In this document: one piece after another, positions 24,771 through 38,008 of the stretch
Layout of the letters: every line of letters begins with the position of its first letter
Numbering within the stretch: the first letter of the stretch is position 1
Assembly: GCF_006345805.1 (NCBI RefSeq)
Contig: NC_042998.1
Coordinates: 21,080,001-21,144,000, forward strand
DNA length: 64,000 bases
From: Octopus sinensis
Taxonomy: Eukaryota
Reading direction: 5' to 3'
Translations under genes and position numbers: made by a program
The notes under the pieces: model-generated
The model's database searches: none
The model's input: only the letters and a program-made list of their open reading frames with translations
What the model was told of the DNA's origin: nothing

Positions 24771-25680
24771 CAATCCTTTCTACTGAAGGTACAAGGCTTC
24801 AGATTTGGGGGAGGGAGCTAGTCGATTATATCGACCCCAGTACTAAACTGGTATTTATTTCATCGACCCCGAAATGGATGAAAGATAAAGTTGATAGACG
24901 GAATTTGAACTTAAAACGTAAGAGACGAAATACCTATTTCTTTATTACCCACAAGGGGCTAAACACAGAGGGGACAAACAAGGACAAACATAGGTATTAA
25001 ATCGATTACATCGACCCCAGTGCGTAACTGGTACTTAATTTATCGACCCCGAAAGGATGAAAGGCAAAGTCGACCTCGGCGGAATTTGAACTCACAACGT
25101 AACGCAGACGAAATACCGCTAAGCATTTTGCCGAGCGTGCTAACGATTCTGCCAGTTCGCGCCTTATAATAATGATGATGATGATAACAACAACAACAAC
25201 AACAACAACAACAGCAACAACAACAACAACAACAACAACAGCAACAGCAACAACAACAATAATAATAATCCTGTTTACTATAGGCACAAGGCACACACAG
25301 GAATTTGAACTCAGAACGTAGCGGCAGACGAAATACCTATTTCTTTACTACCTACAAGGGGCTAAACACAGAGAGGACAAACAAGGACAGACAAACGGAT
25401 TAAGTCGATTATATCGACCCCAGTGTGTAACTGGTACTTATTTAACCGACCCCGAAAGGATGAAAGGCAAAGTCGACCTCGGCGGAACTTGAACTCAGAA
25501 CGTAGCGGCAGACGAAATACCTATTTCTTTACTACCTACAAGGGGCTAAACACAGAGAGGACAAACAAGGACAGACAAACGGATTAAGTCGATTATATCG
25601 ACCCCAGTGTGTAACTGGTACTTATTTAATCGACCCCGAAAGGATGAAAGGCAAACGTTTCTGCCAGCTCGTCGCCTTAT
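24770..25680 (-). mobile_element. Cluster of SINE family C copies (monomer and tandem multimer)
   Basis: Repeated GAAAGGCAAAGTCGACCTCGGCGGAATTTGAACTC units at 24870-25170 and 25300-25680. Confidence 0.8.
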
Positions 25681-25720
25681 AATAAATAATAATAGGTTGT
25701 AAATGATGATGATAATAATG

Positions 25721-25762
<42 letters not shown>

Positions 25763-25804
25763 TAATAAAATAAAAAAAATGAAATCCAAACTAAAAATAG
25801 AACA

Positions 25805-26690
25805 GCAACGAACATGATAAAACGATGGCAAGAAAAGCCCCTTCATGGTAAATACTGGACTAAACTAAACGCAAAAGAAATAGACAAGAAAATCCCAGCA
25901 ATGGTTGAGAAGCTCAGGACTCAAAGCAGAAACAGAGGGATTTTAATTGCAGCACAAGACCAAAGCCTCCCCACCAGAAATTACCAAAAACATGTAATGA
26001 AAAGAAATTTACAAGTAACTGCAGAATATGTGGAGATGGACAAGAAACAATAAATCATATTATCTCTAGCTGCCCAGTCCTGGCTAAGAAGGAATATATT
26101 CACAGACATGACAGAGTTGGAACTTACATACATTGAAGCTATGCCAACATTATGGAATAACAACAGAAAAAAGATGGTATAGGCACACACCAGAAAAGGT
26201 CACAGAAAACGAGAAAGCACCCATACTCTGGGATATGCCGATACACACAGATAGAGAAATTAAGGCCAACAGACCAGATATAGTTGTCAGAGACCATGAA
26301 GAAAAAAAATGCTTTCTAATTGAGGTATCAGTACGGCAGATGACAACGTGTCTCTAAAAGAAATGGAGAAACTCTCAAAATACAAAGACCTGGAAATAGA
26401 GGTAACTAGAATGTGGAATCTGAAAACAGAAACAATTCCTATCATAGTAGGTGCATTAGGCATGATAAAAAAATATTCAGACAAATACATAACAAAAACA
26501 CCAGGACTACAAACACATATAACATACAGAAAATTGCACTACTAGCACTGCACACATCCTACGCAGAACACTTTCCATACAATAACCATCAAGCATCACA
26601 ACAAATCACAGCACATACCCAAGGCACACAGAGCTGCGCTCGGTAGTGAAGTGAAAGCACGCTATAAAACTAAAATAAAACTACTGAATA
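25805..26690 (+). mobile_element. R4/Dong-like LINE 3' fragment, paralog of 23165-24025
   Basis: RWQEKPLHGKYW, ILWDMPIHTDREIKANRPDIVVRD, EKLSKYKDLEIEVTRMW; ends ~20 bp from the gene A exon-1 donor. Confidence 0.85.
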
Positions 26691-26714
26691 ATAATAATGA
26701 TAAAATGTACTTAC

Positions 26715-27110
26715 GATCACACTTTGTTGCTGTTGCTGTTGCTGGGGCTGTTGTTGTTGTTGTACATGGGTTTGTACATATGGCTGCTGTTGTTGTTGTT
26801 GTTGTTGTGCATAGGTCTGTACATATGGCTGTTGTTGCACAGGATAGTATGGGGTGTACCCAGGAGGTGAAAGATGTGTAAATGGTACTTGATGTGTAGT
26901 TGGTGGGGGATATCCAGCTGGTGGGAGATTGCTTATTGTTGGTCGATGCCCAGGAGCCTGTGTATATTGAGGTACCCGAAGAACCCCAATCTGGGGTAGC
27001 TCAACTTGCGGAGTCTCAGTTCCCTGATGTTCAGTTGCAGTATATTCGGGGGCGGATGGTGCAATGCTTTTCGTATAGTCCGGTGGACTATCAAGAGGTA
27101 TCTCCATCAT
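26715..27110 (-). CDS. Coding exon 1 of CD225/dispanin-family gene A (132 aa Pro/Tyr/Gln-rich N-terminus)
   Basis: ORF MMEIPLDSPPDY...QQQSVI. Acceptor ttttacag 11 nt upstream of the ATG (exon starts 27121). Phase-0 donor ATC|GTAAGT at 26714 splices in frame to 18842. Confidence 0.88.
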
Positions 27111-27489
27111 TCCTACGCCGCCTGTAAAATAAATTTGATTATTCGAGAGAATATTATATCTTTCTTCTTTTACTATGGCCAGGCTGGGGCATCACCTTGA
27201 AGGATTTTAGTCGAACGAATCGACCCTAGTACCTCTTTTCTTTAAAGCCTTATGCTATCGGTCTCTTTTGATGGAGCGTTGAGTTACGGGTATGTAACAC
27301 CTGTTGTCAAGTGGTGATGGAGCAAAAACAGAAAAACTCTCTCTCTCTCACCCACTCACACACACACTATGCACACGCACACGCACGCACGCACACACAC
27401 ACACACACACACACACAGAGTCGTCTATGAATTCATAAGTCAGAAAATTATGCGCTTGTATATTTGTTAATAGAGTGGTTATATTAATA

Positions 27490-27803
27490 GAAGTAGAGCA
27501 ACGGGCTCACAGTCATGAAGTAGAAAGTTCGATTCCTGGACCAGTCTATGTATTTTTTTTTTAACAAGACACTTTTATTTCATGTTTTTCCAGTTCACTG
27601 AGCTGCAGAAATTAGTTGAGACATCACTGGAGCCAAGCTGTATCGGCTTTTCCGTTTCCCTTGGATAACATCAGTGGCGCGAAGAGGGGAGGCTGGTATG
27701 CGTGGGCGACTGCTGATCTTCCATAAGGAACCTTGCCCGAACTTATGTCTCGGAGGGGAACTTTCTAGGTGCAATTCCATGGTTATTCATGACCCAGGGG
27801 TCT
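27490..27803 (+). mobile_element. tRNA-derived SINE variant (tail shared with the copy at 39558-39875)
   Basis: Degenerate head with GTTCGATTCC, CAAGACACTTTTATTTC core, tail ...TTCATGACC. Confidence 0.7.
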
Positions 27804-27804
27804 C

Positions 27805-28260
27805 ATTATAATGTGGGGCGTCATCGTTAAAAGACTCTTTGCTTGACGATAGTTTGGAGATTTTTCTGCTGACGCTCTTTCTGAATGGTATGGCTGGATG
27901 ACAGGAAACTGACTCAACATATGATAGCCTCAAATTCGGCTTCCTAAAGGGTCTATAAGCACCAGACTCCAAATCGAAGGTCACATCAAGGAAATCCACC
28001 GTTTTCGTGACTTGAAATTCAAGGGCATTCAATGGTGCCGGTGAAGACCTTTCTAAGCCTATCGAGTGTATGGAAGTTTGCCCGTCTCGATATTTACTGC
28101 ACGTCATCCCCGAAGAAGCCAGAGCTTATGGAGTGGAACTTTTTTTTGAGTAAATCTTGGGCGAAAAAACCCAACGATATCACACATGTCAGCACTGTCA
28201 AAAGTGGCCATTGCTATATTGAAGGAGCGTTTTGGGTCTGTGCGCTTGGCTCACGCCAAT
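27805..28260 (-). mobile_element. Penelope-like RT fragment
   Basis: ADMCDIVGFF, a FGDD motif, and KTVDFLDVTFDLESGAYRPFRKPN...HP. Confidence 0.7.
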
Positions 28261-28399
28261 TCCTTACACTCCCACCCCCGAAAACTCTGCACACAGATAT
28301 AGTAGCACTGCACACATTCCAATTCTTTCATCTCATTTGTTTTTAATTAATTATATGAATTACTCTTCTTCATAAATGTCCTCTACTTTTTGTATTTAT

Positions 28400-29665
28400 A
28401 AATAAAAACAAACATCTGGAGGAATATATAATATGCCTGAAAAAGTCTGTTAACGCAAACATTTCTGCAAACTCTGTAAAACAAAATATTACAAATGAGA
28501 AACAAAAAGCATTACAATGTCTACAAGACGACTCCTCTATAGTTATTAAAGAAGCAGACAAAGGAGGAAACATTGTAATAATGGATAAGACCCATTACAG
28601 GGAAATGATCTTAGAACAACTTAATGACCTGTAATTCTACAGAAAATTAGATAACAATACTGATAAACAAGCTATGAACAAACCTGGTAAATTTGCCAAC
28701 AAACCCAAGGCTGATTTAACAAAAAAGGAGTTGAATTATCTCACTAATTCTGAAGTGAAAACGAGTATCTTTTGTGGACTTTCCAAAATCCATAAACTCT
28801 AACAAATCAACAACAGCTTAAAAGGCCTCCATACTCTATATATAAAAATATTCCCACACCAACTGATCTCAAATTGCGCCCGATTGTTGTAGGACCAGCA
28901 TCCAGCACCCAAAGATTACGTAACTTGCTTGACATAATTTTAAAACCTTTATGCAGATTACTTCCTAGTTTCAACAGAGATGACACAGACTTTTTAAACC
29001 ATATCCCAGAACGGAAAGATAAAGAGATAGTATTAGTTAGCTTTGACTTAAATAGTCTCTACACAAATATCCCCCATATATATCTGCACAAGAAGCAGTA
29101 GAATTCTGGATAAACAAACACTCAAAGAATCCAGGAGTGATTCTCTAAAGAATTTAGAGTTGAAGGTTTACGAATACAAGGCACTGCGATGGGGCGGGAT
29201 TCGCACCAACATTTACCACACCAGTAATAGGATACTTCGAAGAAAAATTCTACACCCAATCCAGAACCACTTTTGATCACCACTTCCAAACCTATCGTAT
29301 AGGAAACTGGAAAGGATTCCTAGATGACCCTTCATATTTTGGAACCGAAGTAAGGAGGAACTTACAAAATTTCTGAAATTAATGAATAGCATTCGTGTCT
29401 CAATCCAATTAATTATGGATACGAATGAAAAGAACTACTCTTTCTGGATATTCTGATTAAAAAAACCAAAAAAAAAAAAAACAAAAAAAAAACAAACAAA
29501 CAAACGTGACAGTTACAACTGACCTTTACTACAAGAACATAGATACACAGCAATATTTAGATTTTAGTTCTCACCAGCTTTTCCATACAAAATGGAACAC
29601 ACCATTTATTATGGCAAGGCGCATATGCTCAATAGTCACAGATACTGTTAGGCAAGAGAATCGAC
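28400..29665 (+). mobile_element. Penelope-like element RT relic
   Basis: IVIKEADKGGNIVIMD, LRPIVVGPASSTQRL, VSFDLNSLYTNIPH, QGTAMG, FLDD, LYYKNIDTQQYLDFSSH. Confidence 0.85.
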
Positions 29666-29934
29666 TATATACATACGACGAGCTTCTTTCAGTTTCCGTC
29701 TACCAAATCCCCTCACAAGGTTTAGGTCGGCCCGAAGCTATAGCAAAAGAAACTTGCCCAAAGCGCTGCATAGTAGAACTGAACCCGGAACCATGCGGTT
29801 GGGAAGCAAATGCCTTACCACACAGCCACTGCGTGGTACCTTGGGCGAGTGTCTTCTGCAGTAGCTTCGGGCCGACCAAAGCCTTGTGAGTGGATTTGGT
29901 AGACGGAAACTGAAAGAATCCCGTCGCATATATA

Positions 29935-30325
29935 TCTTTTACTCTTTTACTCTTTTACTTGTTTCAGTCATTTGACTGCGGCCATGCTGGAGCACCGCCT
30001 TTAGTCGAGCAAATCGACCCCGGGACTTATTCTATCGGTCTCTTTTGCCGAACCGCTAAGTGACGGGGACATAAACACACCAGCATCGGTTGTCAAGCAA
30101 TGCTAGGGGGACAAACACAGACACACAAACACACACACACACATATATATATATACATATATACGACAGGCTTCTTTCAGTTTCCGTCTACCAAATTTAC
30201 TCACAAGGCATTGGTCGGCCTGGGGCTATAGCAGAAGACACTTGCCCAAGATGCCACGCAGTGGAACTGAACCCGGAACCATGTGGTTGGTAAGCAAGCT
30301 AATTACCACACATCCACTCCTGCGC
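29935..30325 (-). mobile_element. SINE family A, full length
   Basis: Homologous to 3984-4378; partial copies just upstream (29676-29925). Confidence 0.85.
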
Positions 30326-30597
30326 CTATGTATATGTATATGTATATTTGTGTGATCTAGTAAGTACTTTGTTAACTTTGGAGAGAAGATTTTTTTAAAA
30401 GTTCCTTGTTAACTTTTCTGGAGAACTTTCTCGCATTCGTTGGTGGCGGTTGTCAAATTGATCTTTAGGTTGTGTTGTGTGATTCTATATATAAGAGATT
30501 TGGGTATGTCTGGGGGTAGTGCTGGGGCTTGTTAATAATAAGTGTGAGAATGAAGGAGCTGTTGATGAACCAGAGCCGAAAGAAAATGGTGAATAGT

Positions 30598-30940
30598 GGC
30601 ACCTTGGGCAAGTGTCTTCTACTATAGCCTCGGGCCGACCAAAGCCTTGTGAGTGGATTTGGTAGACGGAAACTGAAAGAAGCCCGTCGTATATATGTAT
30701 ATATTTATGTACGTGTGTGTGCATGTTTGTGTGTCTGTGTTTGTCCCACCCCCCAGCATCGCTTGACAACCGATGCTGGTGTGTTTACGTCCCCGTAACT
30801 TAGCGGTTCGACAAAAGGGACCGATAGAATAAGTTCTAGGCTAACAAAGAATAAGTCCTGGGGGTCGATTTCCTCGACTAAAGGCGGTGCTCCAGCATGG
30901 CCACAGTCAAATGACTGAAACAAGTAAACGAGTAAAAGAA
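30598..30940 (+). mobile_element. SINE family A, 5'-truncated
   Basis: Body and tail of family A. Confidence 0.8.
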
Positions 30941-31131
30941 AATAAAAGCAAGATAATTGATTGAGGGTGGGGTTAGGAGGTGGTAGGTGTGTTTAAGGAG
31001 TGTTCTATGAAGGGCATGTGAAAGTGTCCTCCTGTTGGTCCCATTTGAATAGTTGACCTTTGGTGGAAAATATAATGGTCAGATGTTTTTCAAATTTTTT
31101 TTATGGCTTAATCAACTTAATTTTATAAAGG

Positions 31132-31530
31132 GCGCAGGAGTGGCTGTGTGGTAAGTAGCTTGCTAACCAACCACATGGTTCCGGGTTCAGTCCCACTGCG
31201 TGGCATCTTAGGCAAGTGTCTTCTGCTATAGCCCCGGGCCGACCAATGCCTTGTGAGTGGATTTGGTAGACGGAAACTGAAAGAAGCCTGTCGTATGTAT
31301 ATATATATATATATATATGCGTGTGTATGTGTGTGCATGTGTGTGTGTTTGTGTTTGTCCCCCTAGCATTGCTTGACAACCGATGCTGGTGTGTTTACGT
31401 CCCCGTTACTTAGCGGTTCGGCAAAAGAGACCGATAGAATAAGTACTGGGGTCGATTTGCTCGACTAAAGGCGGTGCTCCAGCATGGCCGCAGTCAAATG
31501 ACTGAAACAAGTAAAAGAATAAAGAGAGTA
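31132..31530 (+). mobile_element. SINE family A, full length
   Basis: Head, internal microsatellite and tail all present. Confidence 0.88.
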
Positions 31531-31789
31531 AGCCTTAGTAATTTTATACATTAAAGATGAGTTTAGGTGAGTGTGTGTGCGTGTGTGGTTGTGTGTGTGT
31601 GTGTGTGGGGGGGTGCTAATGAGGTGTAAGACAGATGTCTTTTGATAAAAAGGGATGATAGCAGAGAGAAAGAGAGAAGGAGAGAGAGAGTGAGAGAGAG
31701 AAATATAAGGTTAGTTTTGGAATGTTTGTTGATAGAAATGTATTTTTTATATCTTTATTTCCTTTATCACACACATACATATGCATATA

Positions 31790-31985
31790 TATATATAGGG
31801 AGAGTTTACGAAAAAAACAAAAAACACGAAGACAGGTGGTGTACAAAACAAACAGACGTATTAGTATAACGCTCAGGAATAGAAAAAGTCTTTTGCGTTT
31901 CGAGCCTACGCTCTTTACAGAAAGGGACACAGAAAACAAGGAGAGAAAAAAACTGTGTAGTGGCTAACGATCTATCATGGCGTAT

Positions 31986-32043
<58 letters not shown>

Positions 32044-32250
32044 CGGGAAGCTTTATGAAAATAAACAAAAGACGAAGGCAGGTGGAATACAAACAAACAA
32101 TTGTATTAGTATGGCGCTCAGGAATATAAAAAAAACAACAAGTCTTTTACGTTTCGAGCCTACGCTCTTCAACAGAAAGATACACAGAAAAGAAACAAGG
32201 AGAGAAAAAAATGCGTGCAGAAGCTAGCGAATCAACATGGTGATCAACAT
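31790..32250 (-). mobile_element. Two tandem Penelope-like terminal-repeat fragments separated by (TA)n
   Basis: Both carry CTGT(T/A)(G/A)AAGAGCGTAGGCTCGAAACG; homolog at 39235-39385. Confidence 0.55.
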
Positions 32251-32252
32251 GG

Positions 32253-32292
<40 letters not shown>

Positions 32293-33116
32293 ATATACCT
32301 ATATCTATGTGTGTGTGTCTTTGTGTCTGTGTTTGTCCCCGGTACCGCCTGTCAACCGGTGTTAGTGTGTTTACGTCCCTATAACCTAGCGTTTCGGCTT
32401 AAGAAAATGTAAGTACTGATGTCTATTCATTCGGCTATAAATGCCTCTAGGAACTAAAACAAGTAACACACACACACACACGCACGCACACCCACCCACA
32501 CGCACGCACACGCGCGCGCGCACACACGCGCGCGCGCGCACGCACACCACACACACACACACACACACACACTCGTATATTATATGCTTGCCTGGAGTCA
32601 AGAAAAAAAGCACCTTTTTGATGTAAATAATTTTTGGTGTTAACATGGTCCGATTTGAATTTTTTTCTTCTACGGAACGAAGAGCAAGCCTTCTTCTATC
32701 ATACTCTCAATTTTGGTCAACTTGCGCCGCAGAGTCTCGGAGGAGATAGTGTTAGTTGAAGGCTACCTAACCTGTCATACACAGACAACGTCAGCTTTAT
32801 ATACAGAGAGATTACATACCTATATCTTCAATGTCCGTAAATTCTGGTTGCTTGCTTGTAATACGTCAGCAATAGGAGAGTTAAGTAAGGAAATCCCGAA
32901 AAATAAGCAGAACAACTTTTGACTCAAAGGTAAAATAATTTATTTGGTTTTATAAACTTTTTACAGCGACTTATATAACTTTGCCACGGTAACATCACTA
33001 GATATATGCTTTTATTTTATTGGAAGAAAGTTTTCGATTTATGCGCACTCTATCTATTCAGGTGCAAGACTTGACCAACAGGTTATTTCATGCGATTAAT
33101 ATTCGTGGAAATTATC

Positions 33117-33191
<75 letters not shown>

Positions 33192-33569
33192 CACACACAC
33201 ACACACACACACGCACGCATATTTTAAATTTGTTCATGGGAAACATTTTGAGTAGGCAAATAAAACTCGGTTCTATTATGCCGGAACCGGTTTTTCGGCG
33301 TTGATTCGAGCTGCACTGACAAAATGTGGGATACATATAATAATAACAACAATTTAATTATAAGCATTTAATGTAACACTAATTGCGTTTCCACAAACAA
33401 CATGTCTCTTAAGATACATAGGCGCAGGCGTGGCCGTATGGTAAGAAGCCTGCTTCCCAACGTAGTTCCGAGTTCAGTCCACTGTGTGGCACCTTGGGCG
33501 AGTGTCTTCTATTATAGCCTCAGGTCAACGAAAATCTCGTGAGTATACATGGTAGACGGACAGGAGCCC

Positions 33570-33596
33570 GTCATATATATATATATATATTATATA

Positions 33597-33631
<35 letters not shown>

Positions 33632-33705
33632 CATATATAATATGTATATCCATATATATATGCATATACATATATATATATGCATATACATATATATATA
33701 TGGAT

Positions 33706-33763
<58 letters not shown>

Positions 33764-33803
33764 TTATATAATATATATGTATATGCATATATATATATGT
33801 ATA

Positions 33804-33836
<33 letters not shown>

Positions 33837-33941
33837 GTTTATATATATATATGTATATATATATGTGTATATTATATATATATGTATATGTATAATATAT
33901 ATATATTATATATATTATATGTATATATATACATACATACA

Positions 33942-34003
<62 letters not shown>

Positions 34004-34015
34004 ATATATACATAT
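33570..34015. repeat. Compound (TA)n/(TACA)n microsatellite
   Basis: Low-complexity tract producing YI/IY ORFs. Confidence 0.95.
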
Positions 34016-34209
34016 GCACAATGGCTGGCTACAGGACGTCACCAAGAGTAACAACATGAAATACGAAAACAATGAGAGAAACAAATGAAAAATAGGACAA
34101 GTAACATAAAGAACGACCCTTCATCAGTAGTCGGATGTCTATCTACTTCTCGTTTCGAGCATTGAACGACAATATGAGTCTTTGAAGATAGTTGCTCCAT
34201 TAAGTACAA

Positions 34210-35800
34210 AAAAAAAAAAAATTGGAGATTTTTGAAGGCTCAAATTTGGAAACAAAACAGGACAGTGGAAACCGAACGAAGACAAACACTGGACAAGTGC
34301 ATGCAGAACTGTTTCGTCGCTCTGAGCACACCTCGGACTGGTCTGTATGACAGCACTTCCGTGTCTGTAGAGCTTGTCTCGAACCGAAAGATCTCCCCGA
34401 TATCACGATTTCTGGAAGTTATCCATAGGTCTCAACCCGAAAGTCTCCCGGAAAAGACTAGCTAATCGATCCTTCTTGACACCCAAGATTTCCCTGGCGA
34501 CATCGTCGCTCTTTTCCACCACTAGTCCCTTATAGAACTCCATAGTAGAACTTCCACCGATCGTGTTGCCCGACAAGTAGAAAGCTATGAGCGATTGCCG
34601 ACACTCCAGGTGCCATGTGGCCTTTCTTGGTCTACGTTTGATCCAAGACTGTAGCTCTGTCAATGAGACGAGCTGCGAAACATCCTGTATGACAAACGGT
34701 GACCACATCTACTCACCGTTAAGAAACCGCTGGAGATGTCACAACCCCAGCGCGTGTCAGCGCATCATTAACCATGGCATATCCAGTCCTCCACTCAGTG
34801 GCTGTTGACAGCAGATGGACTGTCTGAAGAACGGAATATGTCCCTTCCATAGAAATCGGGAGAGCAAGCGCTCCAGCATGATCAGCCACGAGGCAGGATA
34901 AGGAAAGATGGTCAGACAGTAGTAGATGACGGAAGCAATGTACGCATTCTCCACCTCCGTCCGACCCTTCAGAGACATCTTCCTCTCTGGCCATTTCTTG
35001 CTGAGACTGGCTACCCAACTCATCACCTTCCCAAGTGCTTGTTCACTTGGGGGTCCGGACCAAACTAGATCCCGAGCAATTTAACCGGTTCTTTCGTCCA
35101 GCGCCCTACAACGCTGTCGATTGGCATGGACCTGCCTCTCCAGGTGCCTAGCTGCTGGCCCACTGAGTTGTCCTGATCAATCTTTACTCCTGTCACCACT
35201 TCGTACTCTCCCAAGGTAGTGCCGATCACCTCAATTTCCGAGTTGTCCGACACTGTTACGGTGACGTCGTTCGCATAAGCCGACACAAACGTTCTTAATC
35301 TTAGATCATGCGGGATGCCCCTCAAAATATCCAACTTTCTTAGCAATGGCTCGAGTGCCATTACGTACAAAAGGGGAGAGAGTGGGCATCCATGATAGAC
35401 TGAACAAGCGATTCTAAATGATTCCGATGGGTGGCCGTGTACTTTGACCACCGAACAGATGTCGCAGTGCATTGCAGCGATCCAGCCTCTGTAAAACGGG
35501 ACCGAAATCGGCCGTCGCGAGGACAGCCTTCAAGTATTGATGGTCGACCCTATCAAATCTGGAAGACCCAGTGATGCTTACCAAAGTCCGCATATACACT
35601 CGGGAAATCCATTCGGTACCTGTCAGCCAGTTGGAAGTAGTTGAGCAGGTTTGTGAGGTTTTTTCACCTAGCTCTCCTATTGGCTCGTCCTATCCTATCC
35701 AGGCGTGCATCCAAAACGGCTTCTCAGTCGCCCACTAGCATTAAAGAACATAAAGCTCTAAGAAAAATCACCAGAAATCTGAAGAAATCTGGCTACCCCA
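34210..35800 (-). mobile_element. Tx1/L1-clade LINE relic with an internal deletion
   Basis: APE piece SLMLVGD*EAVLDARLDR joined at ~35565 to RT FDRVDHQYL...GCPLSPLLYVMALEPLL...AYANDVTV...GGLDMPWL. Confidence 0.82.
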
Positions 35801-36423
35801 CTGCAGTTTGAGCATGCACAGCCACTAATCTAAAAGCCATTAGTCTAAAAAAATTGCGCAATAAAGTTAAAATAAGGTTAAAAAAAATGAAATGCCGTTA
35901 ATAAGAAAATGTTTGGATTAGATAGTGAAAAGAATAAATAAAGTCATTGACATATATTTTTATGCATTTATTAAACCTAAATTCGATATATACTTCTGCT
36001 AGTTTTTAGTTGGGCTGTGGTATTGAAGTACCACGTCGTAGCTATATTTTAGCACTCCCTATGGCTTGTCTTACCAAGTTATTTGACACCAAGTTTTAAA
36101 TCTAAAATCAGTGCCAAATAACTGATTTTAGATTTAAAAATACCTCGAATCAATTCGATAATTCAACTAATGAACCCTAAAGTTTCACCCGCAGAATATG
36201 CGGATCTGATACAATGCAAAGCGACATGAGCTGCTGTAGAACGCAGTTTTTCAATGCTGGAAAAATTCCGTGCAGAAGACCAATCTTTTACCAACAAACA
36301 TAAAGCATTATATCATATTGTGCTATAATAAATTTCTACAATAGTTATTTTTTAAAATGTTTTGATAATATTAGTATATCATAAAGTTATCAAAACTAGA
36401 GTGAACATCCTAACATTCATATA

Positions 36424-36726
36424 TCTTTATATATAAAACTGAAGTTGTGTGAGAGTCTGTCTACTCCGATTTAGATTCCTAACTACTCCCACATTTTGCG
36501 GTACAGTTTAACCAAAAGCGGGTATCTTATAGTCGTGATTCCTATCGAGCCCTTCTGGGTATTAGCGCGCGTCTACGCTGAGTCTACGATTTAAAAAAAA
36601 TATACCATCATTTTTCCACATTTTTAATGCATTTTTTGCTCGGTTTATATAAGGGAAGTAACTCTCTAAAATGCTTATATAGTTATATTCCTTACAAACC
36701 CGAGCAACACCGGGCGATACTGCTAG
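36424..36726 (+). mobile_element. Non-autonomous Helitron, short variant
   Basis: A|TC...CTAG|T ends with a 3' hairpin; homolog of 11277-11678. Confidence 0.85.
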
Positions 36727-36933
36727 TTAAAAATAAGGTTAAAATGAGGTCAAAATTTTTCAATAAAATTTAAAAATAAAGTTAAGAACGTATGAAAATA
36801 AGGCTACAAAATTTCCTAGTAATAACTAGTTTCAGTAATTTCTTCACATGAACTGCATGGTGCGTAAATGTATCGTGAAGAGAGCCACTCCATCAGACTG
36901 TAAAGAAGTTACAGAGAATATTCTACGTATCAT

Positions 36934-37105
36934 AGGCGCAGGAGTGGCTGTTTGGTAAGTAGCTTGCTAACCAACCACATGGTTCCGGGTTCAGTCCCAC
37001 TGCGTGGCATCTTGGGCAAGTGTCTTCTGCTATAGCCCCAGGCCGACCAATGCCTTGTGAGTGGATTTGGTAGACGGAAACTGAAAGAAGCCTGTCGTAT
37101 ATATG

Positions 37106-37144
<39 letters not shown>

Positions 37145-37330
37145 CTGTGTGTGTCATTGCTTGACAACCGATGCTGGTGTGTTTACGTCCCCGTCACTTA
37201 GCGGTTCGGCAAAAGAGACCGATAGAATAAGTACTGGGCTTACAAATGAATAAGTCCCGGGGTCGATTTGCTCGACTAAAGGCGGTGCTCCAGCATGGCC
37301 GCAGTCAAATGACTGAAACAAGTAAAAAGA
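36934..37330 (+). mobile_element. SINE family A, full length
   Basis: Homologous to the other family A copies. Confidence 0.88.
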
Positions 37331-37812
37331 GTATATTGAGTTTTTGATTCAGCTAAATTTTGTTAATCTTATATCATGTGTCACTTTTCCCCGATCCGCT
37401 TTCATTTCACCTAAATATTTACAAGTTTTAACTCTTGTGTATCTGGTTTCCAAGATTCTTTATGTGAATTCATGTGTTGAAGCAAATTTTGTTGTGTCTG
37501 GGCAGAGTCTTTTCTACTCTAGGTACAAAGCTCGAATTTTTGGGGGAGTGGGGTGGGCAGTCGATTAGATCGACCTCAGTAAGCAACTGATACTTAATTT
37601 TTTGACCTTCAAAAGGTTGAAAGGCAAAGTCGACCTCGGCGGAATTTGAACTCAGAACGTAAAGACAGACGAAATACTACTAAGCATTTCGCCCATCGGG
37701 CTAAGAATTCTGTCAGCTCGCCGCCTTTGGGGAGAGTCACAGTGTTAATGTTTTATTGTTTAACACACTCACCGGCTCGATTTCGACAATGTCGGTGGCA
37801 GCAGCAACACCA

Positions 37813-38008
37813 GTGGAGGCGCAATGGCTCAGTGGTTAGGGCAGCGGACTCGCGATCGGAGGATCGCGGTTTCGATTCCCAGACCGGGCGTTGTGTGTGT
37901 TTATTGAGCAAAAACACCTAAAGCTCCACGAGGCTCCGGCAGGGGGTGGTGGCGACCCCTGTTGTACTCTTTCGCTCCAACTTGCTCTCACTCTTTCTTC
38001 CTGTTTCT
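37813..38008 (+). mobile_element. SINE family B, 5' half
   Basis: Head GTGGAGGCGCAATGGCTCAGTGGTTAGGGCAGCGGACTCGCG. Confidence 0.8.

Noticed and set aside
33549-34088. Long YI/IY, CV/HT and poly-I/Y/N ORFs (also 10390-11040, 22662-23219, 41336-41948, 44915-46910, 53023-53504)
   Set aside because: They are translations of (TA)n, (CA)n and (TAA)n microsatellites, with no domain signal.
37813-37890. tRNA-like sequences with A/B boxes (many copies)
   Set aside because: They lack a complete cloverleaf and run into SINE bodies, so they are SINE heads, not tRNA genes.
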